This document shows positions 54,172-62,302 of a DNA stretch of 64,000 nt, one piece after another; the stretch's first letter is position 1; every line of letters begins with the position of its first letter. Source of the stretch: a virus (Duplodnaviria > Caudoviricetes); the IMG/VR virus record IMGVR_UViG_2974690805_000001, positions 5,472 through 69,471 of that record; one strand, given 5' to 3'. The notes under the pieces are model-generated. The model was not told the DNA's origin. It saw only the letters and a list, made by a program, of their open reading frames with translations, and searched no databases. The position numbers and the translations under genes were made by a program.

Positions 54172-54894
54172 ATGAGCGCCCTTCCCGACTATGGCAAAGG
54201 CCGTCTGCTGCACCACGACCCGGCGAGCCGGGCATACGGTGCGCCGACGGCGAAGCCGGTGCCGCGCAGCGTGAGTCACCGCATCAACGCCGAGGCGCTC
54301 AATCAGGACGGCATGAACGCCTGCGTCGGCTTCACCTTCGCGCAGTTGCTCAACTGCGCCGCGGCGATGCCGGTGCGGCAGCGGTTCAACCGGGCGCTCG
54401 GTCGACCGTCGCGCTGGCTGCTTGAGGAAGCGCACGCGCTGCGGCTGTACGAACTCGCCACCGAGCACGACCCCTTCGATTGGGTCTACCCGCCGGTCGA
54501 CAACGGCTCAAGCGGCCTCGGCGGCGCGAAGGCGCTGCACAAGCTCGGCATGATCGGCTCGTATGCGTGGACGTTCGACTTCGCGACCGCGATCGGGCAC
54601 GCGCAGCTACAGCCGGTCGCTGTCGGCACGATCTGGACCGCGGCGATGGATGACCCCGACAGCCGCGGGATCATCCGCATCGGCAGCGCCGCGCAGGTCA
54701 ACGAGGCGCTCGACCGCGGCATCGGGCACGAATATCTGTGGCGCGGCGTCAACTGGCCGCGCAAGCTCGCCCGCATCCGCAACAGTTGGGGCGAACAGTG
54801 GGGCGACGACGGCGAGGCGTGGATTCCCCTCGATGACCTTGAGATGTTGATCATGAAGTATCAGGGCGACGTCTGCGTGCCGAGGCTGGTCTGA
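54172..54894 (+). CDS. papain-like (C1) cysteine protease
   Basis: LNQDGMNACVGF, GHEYLWRG, IRNSWGEQWGDDG. Confidence 0.85.
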   Translation: MSALPDYGKGRLLHHDPASRAYGAPTAKPVPRSVSHRINAEALNQDGMNACVGFTFAQLLNCAAAMPVRQRFNRALGRPSRWLLEEAHALRLYELATEHDPFDWVYPPVDNGSSGLGGAKALHKLGMIGSYAWTFDFATAIGHAQLQPVAVGTIWTAAMDDPDSRGIIRIGSAAQVNEALDRGIGHEYLWRGVNWPRKLARIRNSWGEQWGDDGEAWIPLDDLEMLIMKYQGDVCVPRLV

Positions 54895-55100
54895 TGTGGT
54901 CTGACCCCGATCACGACATCGCCGCCGATCTGGCGGCGGCGTGGGACAGCGCCAACGTCCAAGCACAGCACCTCGCCGTCGTGGCCGAAGGGCACCGGCT
55001 CAACGCCGCGGTCGACGCGCTGCTGACCTCGGTCGGCGGGCAGACGCTGACCGTGGCCGAGGCACGCGAGCGCCTGCACGCGCTGATGGGCATCGGGTGA
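54894..55100 (+). CDS. hypothetical protein
   Basis: TGATG overlap. Confidence 0.6.
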   Translation: MWSDPDHDIAADLAAAWDSANVQAQHLAVVAEGHRLNAAVDALLTSVGGQTLTVAEARERLHALMGIG

Positions 55101-55246
55101 TCGACGTGCGCCTTCCCGACTTCGACCCGCGACCGCATATCATCGCCGCTGTGATCCTGTCGTGTCTGGCCTTCGGCCTCGCGCTGGCGGCGCTGGCCGT
55201 CGCGATTGTGGTCGACCTCGACGGCCTCGGGATCGGTGCGCCATGA
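55097..55246 (+). CDS. small membrane protein
   Basis: GTGA overlap; one long hydrophobic segment. Confidence 0.6.
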   Translation: MIDVRLPDFDPRPHIIAAVILSCLAFGLALAALAVAIVVDLDGLGIGAP

Positions 55247-55788
55247 GCGACGCTGACGATCTGCCGCGCTGGTCACCGGATGAGCTTCTGGTGCCCGCGA
55301 TCCTCGCCGGGTCGCCGACGGTCATGAGCGACCTGTCGCTCGCCGACCGGGCGTGGGCGGTGCTGCAACTCAAAGACCTCGGCTATACCGCCGAGTTCAC
55401 CGCCGAGCGCCTCGACTGCTCGGTGCGGCTGGTGCGCTCGATCATCGCCGACGACCTCGGGCAGGTGATGCGGCGCTACATCGACCAGAGCGAGACGAAT
55501 ACCCGCGAGTCGGTGATGACCGCCGCCGAGGTCAAGCGCCTCGCCGCCGAGCTTGCCGCCGCCGAGGCCGCTCGCGATCGCTATCACGGTCAGTTGACCC
55601 GACTGCTCGATGACCGCCGCGAGGGCCGCGACCCGGTGTTCCGCAAGTGCGGCTGCCCGAAGACCCGCTACAACACCTACATTCACCCGAAGACCGGCAA
55701 AGCGTCGTGCCGATACCACCGACGCCTAGCTCAGCGCCGCTACGAACAACGGCGGCGTGAGACAGGGACTGCGCCCCTGTCGGCGTAG
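55243..55788 (+). CDS. HTH DNA-binding protein with C-terminal Cys motif
   Basis: GYTAEFTAERLDCSVRLVR; KCGC..NTY...CRYH. Confidence 0.7.
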   Translation: MSDADDLPRWSPDELLVPAILAGSPTVMSDLSLADRAWAVLQLKDLGYTAEFTAERLDCSVRLVRSIIADDLGQVMRRYIDQSETNTRESVMTAAEVKRLAAELAAAEAARDRYHGQLTRLLDDRREGRDPVFRKCGCPKTRYNTYIHPKTGKASCRYHRRLAQRRYEQRRRETGTAPLSA

Positions 55789-55831
55789 TTCTGGTAACAC
55801 TGATAACCCACAACCGAAGGAAGGCAGACCA

Positions 55832-56098
55832 TTGTCGTCTGATCAGCCAGCACCGGCACCCGTCATCGTGTACTCGACCGGCCCGGCCTGCTATAAGTGC
55901 AACCTCACGAAGCGCCAACTCGACAAGCGCGAGATCGCCTACGAGGAACGCCCCGCCGACAGCGCCGAGTGCAAGGCGCTCATCGACGCGCACGGCTTCA
56001 CGTCAGCGCCCGTCGTCGTGGCCCCGAGCGGCGATGTCTGGGACGATTACCGCCCCGACCGCATCGACGCCCTGCTCGCCCTCGCCCGCGTCGCATAG
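55832..56098 (+). CDS. nrdH: NrdH-like glutaredoxin
   Basis: VIVYSTGPACYKC..TKRQL..GFTSAPVV..W..YRPDRI. Confidence 0.85.
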   Translation: MSSDQPAPAPVIVYSTGPACYKCNLTKRQLDKREIAYEERPADSAECKALIDAHGFTSAPVVVAPSGDVWDDYRPDRIDALLALARVA

Positions 56099-56112
56099 CG
56101 CCGCTCAGACAC

Positions 56113-56142
56113 GAACGCCCCGACCTGCTGGCCGGGGCGTTC
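56113..56142. terminator. bidirectional terminator
   Basis: gaacgccccg...cggggcgttc between convergent genes. Confidence 0.75.
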
Positions 56143-56153
56143 GGTGTCGGTGC

Positions 56154-56366
56154 TCAGTTGACGGCGCGGCCCGTCTCGTCGCGGATGACGTAGGTGTAGC
56201 TCGCCTGCGCGACGCGCCCGCAGCGCACGGTCAGCGTGCGGTCGGTGATGCCGTAGGCGCGACCGAAGCGGGCATCGAGGTCGGCGCGGGCCGCGGCCTC
56301 GTCGGCGTGCTCGGTGACGACGGTGCCCGCGGGATTGCCGATCGGGCTGACGGTCAGAGTGTGCAT
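56154..56366 (-). CDS. hypothetical protein (cassette gene)
   Basis: 70 aa downstream of repeat element. Confidence 0.75.
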   Translation of the reverse strand: MHTLTVSPIGNPAGTVVTEHADEAAARADLDARFGRAYGITDRTLTVRCGRVAQASYTYVIRDETGRAVN

Positions 56367-56437
56367 GATTCTCGCTTTCCGGCGGGTCGATCCCGCCTCA
56401 CACGAACGAAGTTACCCGACTGCGCCGCATTAGTCAA
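56367..56437 (-). promoter_or_regulatory. repeat promoter element, copy 5
   Basis: TTGACT -35 at 56432-56437; hairpin 56381-56397. Confidence 0.9.
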
Positions 56438-56449
56438 GCCGGGCCAGAA

Positions 56450-56490
56450 ACGAGAAACGCCCCGCTGGCGGCGGGGCGGGGCGTTCTCGT
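56450..56490. terminator. intrinsic terminator
   Basis: acgagaaacgcccc...ggggcgttctcgt. Confidence 0.7.
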
Positions 56491-56495
56491 CTCGA

Positions 56496-56696
56496 TCAGA
56501 TGATCGCTCGACCGTTGTGCTCGATGTTCCACTCGATCGTGGCGGTGAGATCGGCGCGGGCGGCGTCCTCGGTGGGGCCGTATCCGAGCGTCGCAGCACC
56601 TCCGCGGCCTCGCAGGGTCGCACGGTAGCGGCTGTTCGCCGGGCAGAAGTGATCGAAGTCGATCTCAGCGGTCGCGGCAAGCTCGATAGCAGTCAT
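56496..56696 (-). CDS. hypothetical protein (cassette gene)
   Basis: ATG 56696 after GAGAAGG. Confidence 0.75.
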   Translation of the reverse strand: MTAIELAATAEIDFDHFCPANSRYRATLRGRGGAATLGYGPTEDAARADLTATIEWNIEHNGRAII

Positions 56697-56784
56697 GGTG
56701 ACCTTCTCTCTGTAGTTTTCAACTTCGGCGGGTTGCTTCCCGCCTGACACAGATAAAGTTACCCGACAGCGTCGTAGTTGTCAA
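56697..56784 (-). promoter_or_regulatory. repeat promoter element, copy 6
   Basis: -35 at 56779-56784; 6-nt hairpin loop; longer leader. Confidence 0.88.
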
Positions 56785-56815
56785 CACGACAGCAGAAATT
56801 GGCCGAACGCGCTGG

Positions 56816-56905
56816 TCAGCGCCCCGGCGGCTCGATGACGAGCAGCAACTCGGCGAGCAGAATGAGCGCGACGATCAGAGCACCGAGGGCGATCGCCGCG
56901 ATCAC
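56816..56905 (-). CDS. very small membrane peptide
   Basis: IAAIALGALIVALILLAELLLV; start uncertain. Confidence 0.45.
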   Translation of the reverse strand: MIAAIALGALIVALILLAELLLVIEPPGR

Positions 56906-56907
56906 GG

Positions 56908-57240
56908 CTAGCTCGGTGTCCTGCGGCCCTTGCGACCGCTGTGTTTGGAAGCGGGCAGCCGTCGGTATCGCACCTTCGGCCCGCCCTTGGTCTTGTGCGC
57001 CTTCTCGCGTGCCCACGGCTGGCCGCTGGCGAACGCCCATTTCCACTGCTTTTTGCTCTTGAAGCCCCGGTAGCCGCCCCGGCGACCGAACGCCCCGACG
57101 CCGGTATGCCGCCCGACGCCGCCGGTCGAGGCGCTCAGCGCGACGGCGCTGCCGCGGCGCTGCGCGATCCTCGGTGACGACTTCGCCAGACCTCGGCGGG
57201 TGCCTCGGCGGGTCGATCCCCGCCCGCGTGATCGTGCCAT
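56908..57240 (-). CDS. very basic hypothetical protein
   Basis: GFKSKKQWKWAFASGQPWAREKAH core; Arg/Lys/Gly-rich. Confidence 0.6.
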   Translation of the reverse strand: MARSRGRGSTRRGTRRGLAKSSPRIAQRRGSAVALSASTGGVGRHTGVGAFGRRGGYRGFKSKKQWKWAFASGQPWAREKAHKTKGGPKVRYRRLPASKHSGRKGRRTPS

Positions 57241-57270
57241 GACACTAGGTCTACCCGCCCGGTGTGCGTG

Positions 57271-57684
57271 CTACCCGACAGGCGGTCGAAGCTCGCGCTC
57301 AAGGCGGCTCATCGCCCGCCCGAGGGCTGCCCGGCGGGCCGTCTCGGCTTTGTCGCACATCGGGTAGCCGGGCATGTTCCTGACCACGGTGTAGAAGTCG
57401 CGCCCGATCGTGCGGGCGACCTCAAAGTAGCTCGCGCCGTCATCGAGCAGCGGCTTCGCGATCGCGGTGTCGGCCTCGGTCCACGGTCGGGCGACATGCC
57501 GCCTCGGCGGCTCGATGCCCTCGCGTCGTAGACCGCGGCGCACCGTCTCGACGGCGACGTCGAGCTTGAGCGCGATCGCGTCGATCGAGTGGCCGTGCCC
57601 GAACAACTCGACCATCTGCTCGCGGCGCTCGGCGGCGCGGCGCATCTGCTCGACGTTGGCCTTCCTGATCGTCTCGACGGTCAT
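57271..57684 (-). CDS. double-HTH DNA-binding protein
   Basis: GHSIDAIALKLDVAVETVRR and GASYFEVARTIGR. Confidence 0.75.
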   Translation of the reverse strand: MTVETIRKANVEQMRRAAERREQMVELFGHGHSIDAIALKLDVAVETVRRGLRREGIEPPRRHVARPWTEADTAIAKPLLDDGASYFEVARTIGRDFYTVVRNMPGYPMCDKAETARRAALGRAMSRLERELRPPVG

Positions 57685-57989
57685 GCTGCTGCCTTCTCTC
57701 GATTGAGGCGCACGACCTCGACCGTGCGCCGCTGGCCTTGCCGACAACTGCACAACAGGCAGTGCGGCGCGATGTTGTCGCGGCAGTAGGTGCCGCCGCG
57801 CTCGCCGGGGATGATCCGGTCGGCGACGAGGTCTTCGTACTCGCAGAGCACGCCGCAGTCCCAGCACGGCACCGTCTCGCCGTCGCCGCCCCAACCGGCC
57901 CGAACGCTCAACAGCCAGAGCTTGCGCGAGCGCCGGTCGTAGCTCGACCCGCGCTCGGCGCTGTTGCACCGGCCCGAGGTGCTGCTCAC
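57681..57989 (-). CDS. HNH endonuclease
   Basis: CWDCG..ADRIIPG..GGTY..DNIAPHCLLC. Confidence 0.75.
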   Translation of the reverse strand: MSSTSGRCNSAERGSSYDRRSRKLWLLSVRAGWGGDGETVPCWDCGVLCEYEDLVADRIIPGERGGTYCRDNIAPHCLLCSCRQGQRRTVEVVRLNREKAAA

Positions 57990-58435
57990 GGTTCGACCCC
58001 GGTGAGCATCCGGTAGACCTCGGGGTTGACGTTGTGCAGAACGAACTCGATCGTCGTCGTGCGCTGGAATCGGGTCGCGATCGGGTCGCGCAGATCGAGG
58101 GACACGCCCCAACCGGCTGCATTGAGTTCGCACCAGCCGACGACGTTCGCGTAGTAGACCGTGCCGGGCTTCATCGTGTGGACCCGCTCGGCCCGCCGAT
58201 GCCGCCCTGCGCGGGCCAGCGTGTCGGAAACGGCCTTGAGCGCCCGAAGCTCGGCCTCGATCGCCAGCGACCAACACAGATCGCCGACGAGCACCTGCGA
58301 GAAGCGGTGCCGACGGTGCTCGCCGCGGTGCCACCAGTGCGCCGGGCTGCCCGCGGGCAGGTACCCGGCCCCGAACCACCAACAGCCGGTGTCGTAGGTC
58401 GCCCGACGCCCGCGCCGGTACGCCCGCCGCGTCAT
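57986..58435 (-). CDS. hypothetical protein
   Basis: Start uncertain (58435 or 58174). Confidence 0.5.
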   Translation of the reverse strand: MTRRAYRRGRRATYDTGCWWFGAGYLPAGSPAHWWHRGEHRRHRFSQVLVGDLCWSLAIEAELRALKAVSDTLARAGRHRRAERVHTMKPGTVYYANVVGWCELNAAGWGVSLDLRDPIATRFQRTTTIEFVLHNVNPEVYRMLTGVEP

Positions 58436-58587
58436 CGCAGCGCCTCGCTGCCGCGGCACGGCTTGCCGCCGACGTAGTGAACCGGGAAGCGCCAGCCGGG
58501 CATCGAGACGGGCTGCCAGCGGCGTCGGCAGTAGCGGCAGATGATCGCGTCGCGGTGCCGCAGGCGGGCGATCAGGTAGGCGATCAC
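58432..58587 (-). CDS. small Cys/His protein
   Basis: CRYC...H....C.GS. Confidence 0.55.
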   Translation of the reverse strand: MIAYLIARLRHRDAIICRYCRRRWQPVSMPGWRFPVHYVGGKPCRGSEALR

Positions 58588-58802
58588 AGCCACCACCGCC
58601 GGGTGCGCGGCGTGCGGCGCAGCATGTCCCAACCGCGCCCGGTCGCCGAGCCGCCGAGGAAGGCGACGACGGCCTGCCCGAGGTCGGTGCCGGGCACGAC
58701 GAGCGCCAGCCCGAGCACGATCAGCCCGATGCACAGCAGCACCGCGCCGACCTCGCTGCGCAGGCGCAACTGCTCGGGCGTGAAGGTCGCCGCGGTGCTC
58801 AT
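58584..58802 (-). CDS. small membrane protein
   Basis: Two hydrophobic segments. Confidence 0.65.
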   Translation of the reverse strand: MSTAATFTPEQLRLRSEVGAVLLCIGLIVLGLALVVPGTDLGQAVVAFLGGSATGRGWDMLRRTPRTRRWWL

Positions 58803-58930
58803 GCCGCCTCGCGATCGGCGTCGCTCTGCAACTCGATCAGTCGATCGAGCTTGTTGTCGATCGAGCGCAGCAGCGCGAGGAACTCGGCGACGGTCTTGCC
58901 GATGTCGAGGTTCTTCGGAAGTCCCATCAT
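58799..58930 (-). CDS. small hypothetical protein (not in ORF track)
   Basis: MMGLPKNLDIGKTVAEFLALLRSIDNKLDRLIELQSDADREAA; follows CACAACCACGAAGG. Confidence 0.7.
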   Translation of the reverse strand: MMGLPKNLDIGKTVAEFLALLRSIDNKLDRLIELQSDADREAA

Positions 58931-58959
58931 GGGTCGGGTGTTCCCTTCGTGGTTGTGGG

Positions 58960-59169
58960 TTATAGCGCGAGGCCGTTGCGCCGCAGTCGAGATACCTGAT
59001 TGAGCACTGTTCGGTGATCGCTTGGCGAGCTTGCGATCTGGCCGACGAAGCGCCCGTCGAGGTAGACGGCGATATGACCGCTGCGCTTGTGTTCGACCGT
59101 ACCGCCTGCCGCGACGATCCGGCTGACGAGTTCGCGGGTGTCCTTCGACCCGCAGCGGAAGCGGGCCAT
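58960..59169 (-). CDS. HicA-like protein
   Basis: RSGHIAVY..IASSPSD.R...N..SRLRRNG. Confidence 0.6.
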   Translation of the reverse strand: MARFRCGSKDTRELVSRIVAAGGTVEHKRSGHIAVYLDGRFVGQIASSPSDHRTVLNQVSRLRRNGLAL

Positions 59170-59381
59170 TACCGCGCCCTCGCAGCCAGCCAGCCGGTCA
59201 ACTGCGCGACGATCTGGCCGACCTGCTCGGCGTCGAGCGCGGCCTCAAAGTCGGGCTGATCGAAGGCGGCGAAGGTCGACACGCTGACTTCGGGCAGCGT
59301 CGGGTCGGCCTCGATGATCACCGCCTCGCTGCCGGTCGGGTCTTTGGTCGTGTATGTGGTCGTGAAGACGTGCCGGGTCAT
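59169..59381 (-). CDS. hypothetical protein
   Basis: Follows CACAACCACGAAGG. Confidence 0.7.
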   Translation of the reverse strand: MTRHVFTTTYTTKDPTGSEAVIIEADPTLPEVSVSTFAAFDQPDFEAALDAEQVGQIVAQLTGWLAARAR

Positions 59382-59413
59382 GGGTCGGGTGTCCTTCGTG
59401 GTTGTGGTTGCGG

Positions 59414-59938
59414 TTAGGTGGTCAGCATGTCGTAGATCGCCTGCTCAGCAGGCGTCGGAACGTCGCACTCGACGGCGACGAATGACTCGGCGATCGCCTC
59501 GGGCACCGAGGTCACCGCGTAGCCGCTGACCGTGCCGGTCATCCCGGCGGCGAGCGCGTTGACCAACTCGGCGCGGGCCGAGTGGCCGGTCACGTTGTCG
59601 AGGACGTGCGCGTATTCATGCGCGGCGATGCCCTGCACCGCCGAGCAGTAGCGCCCGCGTGAGTAGCCGGTCGCGATCTCGGATGCGATCGCGGCGTCAA
59701 GCTCGGCGGGATAGGCGACGAAGTAGCTGTTGAGCACGATCGTCGCGCCTCGCGCCTGCGCGTAGGTGCCGGGATCGAGTGGCGCGGTGCCGACGTAGAC
59801 ATCGACGCCGTACTTGCCCGCGAGCCAGTCGGCGGCGGCGTAGAACTCGTCGTAGGCGTCGGCCTGCGCGGGCGGCGCTGTCGCCAGCCCTACAGCGACG
59901 CCGACCGCGCCGAGCGCGGCGGTGAGTGTGCGTTTCAT
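59414..59938 (-). CDS. secreted HEXXH zinc metallopeptidase-like protein
   Basis: Signal peptide ending APPAQA; IAAHEYAHVLD; EAIAESF. Confidence 0.75.
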   Translation of the reverse strand: MKRTLTAALGAVGVAVGLATAPPAQADAYDEFYAAADWLAGKYGVDVYVGTAPLDPGTYAQARGATIVLNSYFVAYPAELDAAIASEIATGYSRGRYCSAVQGIAAHEYAHVLDNVTGHSARAELVNALAAGMTGTVSGYAVTSVPEAIAESFVAVECDVPTPAEQAIYDMLTT

Positions 59939-59982
59939 GGTTCCTCGTTTCGTGGTTGTCGTGGTGGCCCGAGGCGGGCGGG

Positions 59983-60132
59983 TCACAGTTCGCGTTTCCA
60001 CGCGCTGCGCCCGCCCTTGCCTCGACCCCGGCGGGCTTCGGCCCGGCGGTCGCGGTGCCGACGGGCGGCTGCGGCCTGAGCGGTGCGCCGCTCGGCGTGT
60101 GCTCGCCCGCCCTCGGCGGTCTTCGTGATCAT
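59983..60132 (-). CDS. small Arg-rich protein (not in ORF track)
   Basis: 49 aa, GAGAGGGG RBS. Confidence 0.5.
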   Translation of the reverse strand: MITKTAEGGRAHAERRTAQAAAARRHRDRRAEARRGRGKGGRSAWKREL

Positions 60133-60143
60133 GTCGACCCCTC

Positions 60144-60386
60144 TCAGATCGTCTTGTGCGGGAAGGTGAACAGGCAGGTTCCGGTGTAGTCGGGGCCGGT
60201 GTAGCGGCTGGTGACGCCGCGGCGCTCGATCTCGTCGGTGACCTTGAAGTAGGACGTGACCCCGGTGCGCTTGCGCTCGGTCGCGTAGACGAGGCTGATC
60301 TGCGCGAGCACCTCGTCGTGCGTGACGGTCTGGCCCGCGAAGACGGCCATGACGTTGTCGGCGGCGACGGCGGTGATCTGGCTCAT
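60144..60386 (-). CDS. hypothetical protein (cassette gene)
   Basis: Downstream of repeat element. Confidence 0.75.
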   Translation of the reverse strand: MSQITAVAADNVMAVFAGQTVTHDEVLAQISLVYATERKRTGVTSYFKVTDEIERRGVTSRYTGPDYTGTCLFTFPHKTI

Positions 60387-60457
60387 GATTCTCGCTTCCC
60401 GGCGGGTCTTTCCCGCCTCACATGAATTAAGTTACCCGACCGAGTCGCACTTGTCAA
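60387..60457 (-). promoter_or_regulatory. repeat promoter element, copy 7
   Basis: -35 at 60452-60457. Confidence 0.92.
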
Positions 60458-60475
60458 CTCGGTCGGGCAATCCGG

Positions 60476-60727
60476 TCAGATGTCGAAGGCCAGCGCCCCG
60501 GCGAGGTGGTCGAAGAAATGCAGGACGTCGCCGTTGCGGAAGTCGATCCTGACGAGGGTCGACTTGATCGCGGCCTGCTCGGTCTTCGGCGCGGTCTTGA
60601 TCGCGTCGAGCACGTTGCCGAGCGCGATGCTGTTCTCGGTGCCCTGCGGGCCGAACTTCGTGAAGCGCACCTCGCGGTCGAGTCCCTTCTCATCGACCAG
60701 CGTGTCGAGCCACTTTGCGAACGTCAT
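60476..60727 (-). CDS. hypothetical protein (cassette gene)
   Basis: MTFAKWLDTLVDEKGLD. Confidence 0.8.
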   Translation of the reverse strand: MTFAKWLDTLVDEKGLDREVRFTKFGPQGTENSIALGNVLDAIKTAPKTEQAAIKSTLVRIDFRNGDVLHFFDHLAGALAFDI

Positions 60728-60797
60728 TTCTGCCTTCCCCGGCGGGTCGATCCCGCCTCACACGAACGAAGTTACCCGACTGCGTCGGGCTTGTCAA
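60728..60797 (-). promoter_or_regulatory. repeat promoter element, copy 8
   Basis: -35 at 60792-60797. Confidence 0.92.
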
Positions 60798-61036
60798 GCC
60801 GCCCCGATGTACTCATCGGCGCGGCGCTGCGCAAGCTCGCGGGTCGGCTCGGACACGATCAGCACGCCGAGGGCATCGGTGCCCAGACCGCGGATGCGAA
60901 GCTGCCAGCGGTAGTCGTGCGGCTCGCTCGGGCGGTAGGTCAGCACTAGCTGATTCTCGTCATCGAGCGCGGCGGTGAAGTGCGTCAGCGACCCCTCGGG
61001 CTTCCAGCGCAGCACCGGGATACGGGCGACGGTCAT
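60794..61036 (-). CDS. hypothetical protein
   Basis: ATG 61036 after GAAGCGAGG. Confidence 0.65.
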   Translation of the reverse strand: MTVARIPVLRWKPEGSLTHFTAALDDENQLVLTYRPSEPHDYRWQLRIRGLGTDALGVLIVSEPTRELAQRRADEYIGAA

Positions 61037-61254
61037 GATCCCTCGCTTCTGTGTTGGCGACGCTTGATCGCGTCGAGGCTCTGGCATGTGGGCGTGTGGT
61101 CTTCGGTGTCGAGCGTGTTGCAGCAGCGCCGCAGCGAGCGCCGGGCGACCTCGGTCGGGACGGGTGCGCCGCAGATGACGCACGACGGCCAGCCGAAGCC
61201 GCCCGACGGGTCGGCGTAGTAGCAGCGGTGCTCGCCGACCCGCTCGGCGCTCAC
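61033..61254 (-). CDS. Cys-rich hypothetical protein
   Basis: HRC..CVICG..CC..H..C. Confidence 0.55.
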   Translation of the reverse strand: MSAERVGEHRCYYADPSGGFGWPSCVICGAPVPTEVARRSLRRCCNTLDTEDHTPTCQSLDAIKRRQHRSEGS

Positions 61255-61568
61255 CGAGCCGCCGCCTCGACCGGGATCAGGCGCGGGTCGTAGCCCCACT
61301 GATCGTCGGTGATGCGGTACTGCACGCCGTCGACCTCGATGACGTCGCCCTCGGCGACGTTGTGGTCGGCGGCGGGCTTGCCGAGGTCGCCGTACTCGCG
61401 GGCTTGGATCACCGTCGGCACCGCCGACAGCATCGCGCCCTCGTTGGGGAACACCCGCACGACGTAGGGCTGATGCGGGCTGTACTGCTGGTGCCGGAAC
61501 GCGCCGCGCAGCGTGACATCCTCGGCCCCGCGGTAGTAGCCCTTGTCGGTAGTGGTGATGCTGATCAT
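61251..61568 (-). CDS. hypothetical protein (cassette gene)
   Basis: ATG 61568 after repeat element. Confidence 0.75.
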   Translation of the reverse strand: MISITTTDKGYYRGAEDVTLRGAFRHQQYSPHQPYVVRVFPNEGAMLSAVPTVIQAREYGDLGKPAADHNVAEGDVIEVDGVQYRITDDQWGYDPRLIPVEAAAR

Positions 61569-61643
61569 GGCCTTCGGCCCCTTCCCGGCGGGTATTTCCC
61601 GCCTCACACGAATGAAGTTACCCGACTGCGTCGGCTTTGTCAA
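61569..61643 (-). promoter_or_regulatory. repeat promoter element, copy 9
   Basis: -35 at 61638-61643. Confidence 0.92.
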
Positions 61644-61644
61644 C

Positions 61645-61677
61645 ACGAACGCCCCGGCAGTTTCGCCGGGGCGTCGT
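61645..61677. terminator. intrinsic terminator
   Basis: acgaacgccccggc...gccggggcgtcgt. Confidence 0.75.
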
Positions 61678-61689
61678 GGCCGAACGCGA

Positions 61690-62061
61690 TCAGTAGTTGC
61701 GCTTCGGCTCGTTGAACGCTTCCTCGACCTTCATCAGGGCGTCGAGGTGCGGCTGCGTGTCGCGCAGGTGGTTCCAGTGCGCCTCGGACTCGCGCACCTG
61801 CCGCTTGAAGCTGCGCTCGATCGGGCCGTCGAGCCGGTCGAGGATCGCGGGCACCGTCTCGCCGGTCGTCTCGGCGATCGCGGCGAGGCACTTCTCGATG
61901 CCCTTGACCCACTCGCCCGCGCTCGGGTGCTCGGGGCCGTACCAGCGCAGCGACACCGACTCGCGCATGATGACCCGCTCGGCACTCTTGACGGTACGAA
62001 CGTCGCCGTAGTCGACGCGGATAGGACTGACCAGCTTGACGGTTCCGGTGCTCTTGCTCAT
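61690..62061 (-). CDS. hypothetical protein (cassette gene)
   Basis: ATG 62061 after GAGGAAGG. Confidence 0.8.
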   Translation of the reverse strand: MSKSTGTVKLVSPIRVDYGDVRTVKSAERVIMRESVSLRWYGPEHPSAGEWVKGIEKCLAAIAETTGETVPAILDRLDGPIERSFKRQVRESEAHWNHLRDTQPHLDALMKVEEAFNEPKRNY

Positions 62062-62132
62062 TTCTGCCTTCCTCGGCGGGTCCATCCCGCCTCAACACAG
62101 ACGAAGTTACCCGACTGCGTCGCACTTGTCAA
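62062..62132 (-). promoter_or_regulatory. repeat promoter element, copy 10
   Basis: -35 at 62127-62132. Confidence 0.92.
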
Positions 62133-62302
62133 GCGATCGGCCCGAAGACGATCGCGACCGCCGCGATCAGGCCGAAGCTGCTCAGCAGCACCGTGCCCGA
62201 GACGAACTCGACGCGGCTGCCGGGCCGGGCCGCGGCGAGCACCAGCGTCGCCGCGAGGGCGACGACGCCGATGATCAGCACGGCCCACATCGGGCGGGTC
62301 AT
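62129..62302 (-). CDS. small membrane protein (not in ORF track)
   Basis: MTRPMWAVLIIGVVALAA...; two TM segments; ATGA overlap. Confidence 0.65.
   Translation of the reverse strand: MTRPMWAVLIIGVVALAATLVLAAARPGSRVEFVSGTVLLSSFGLIAAVAIVFGPIA

Noticed and set aside
57191-57224. Fifteenth copy of the cassette element
   Set aside because: Only a hairpin-like part is present, without -35, -10 or palindrome, and it lies inside a probable ORF.
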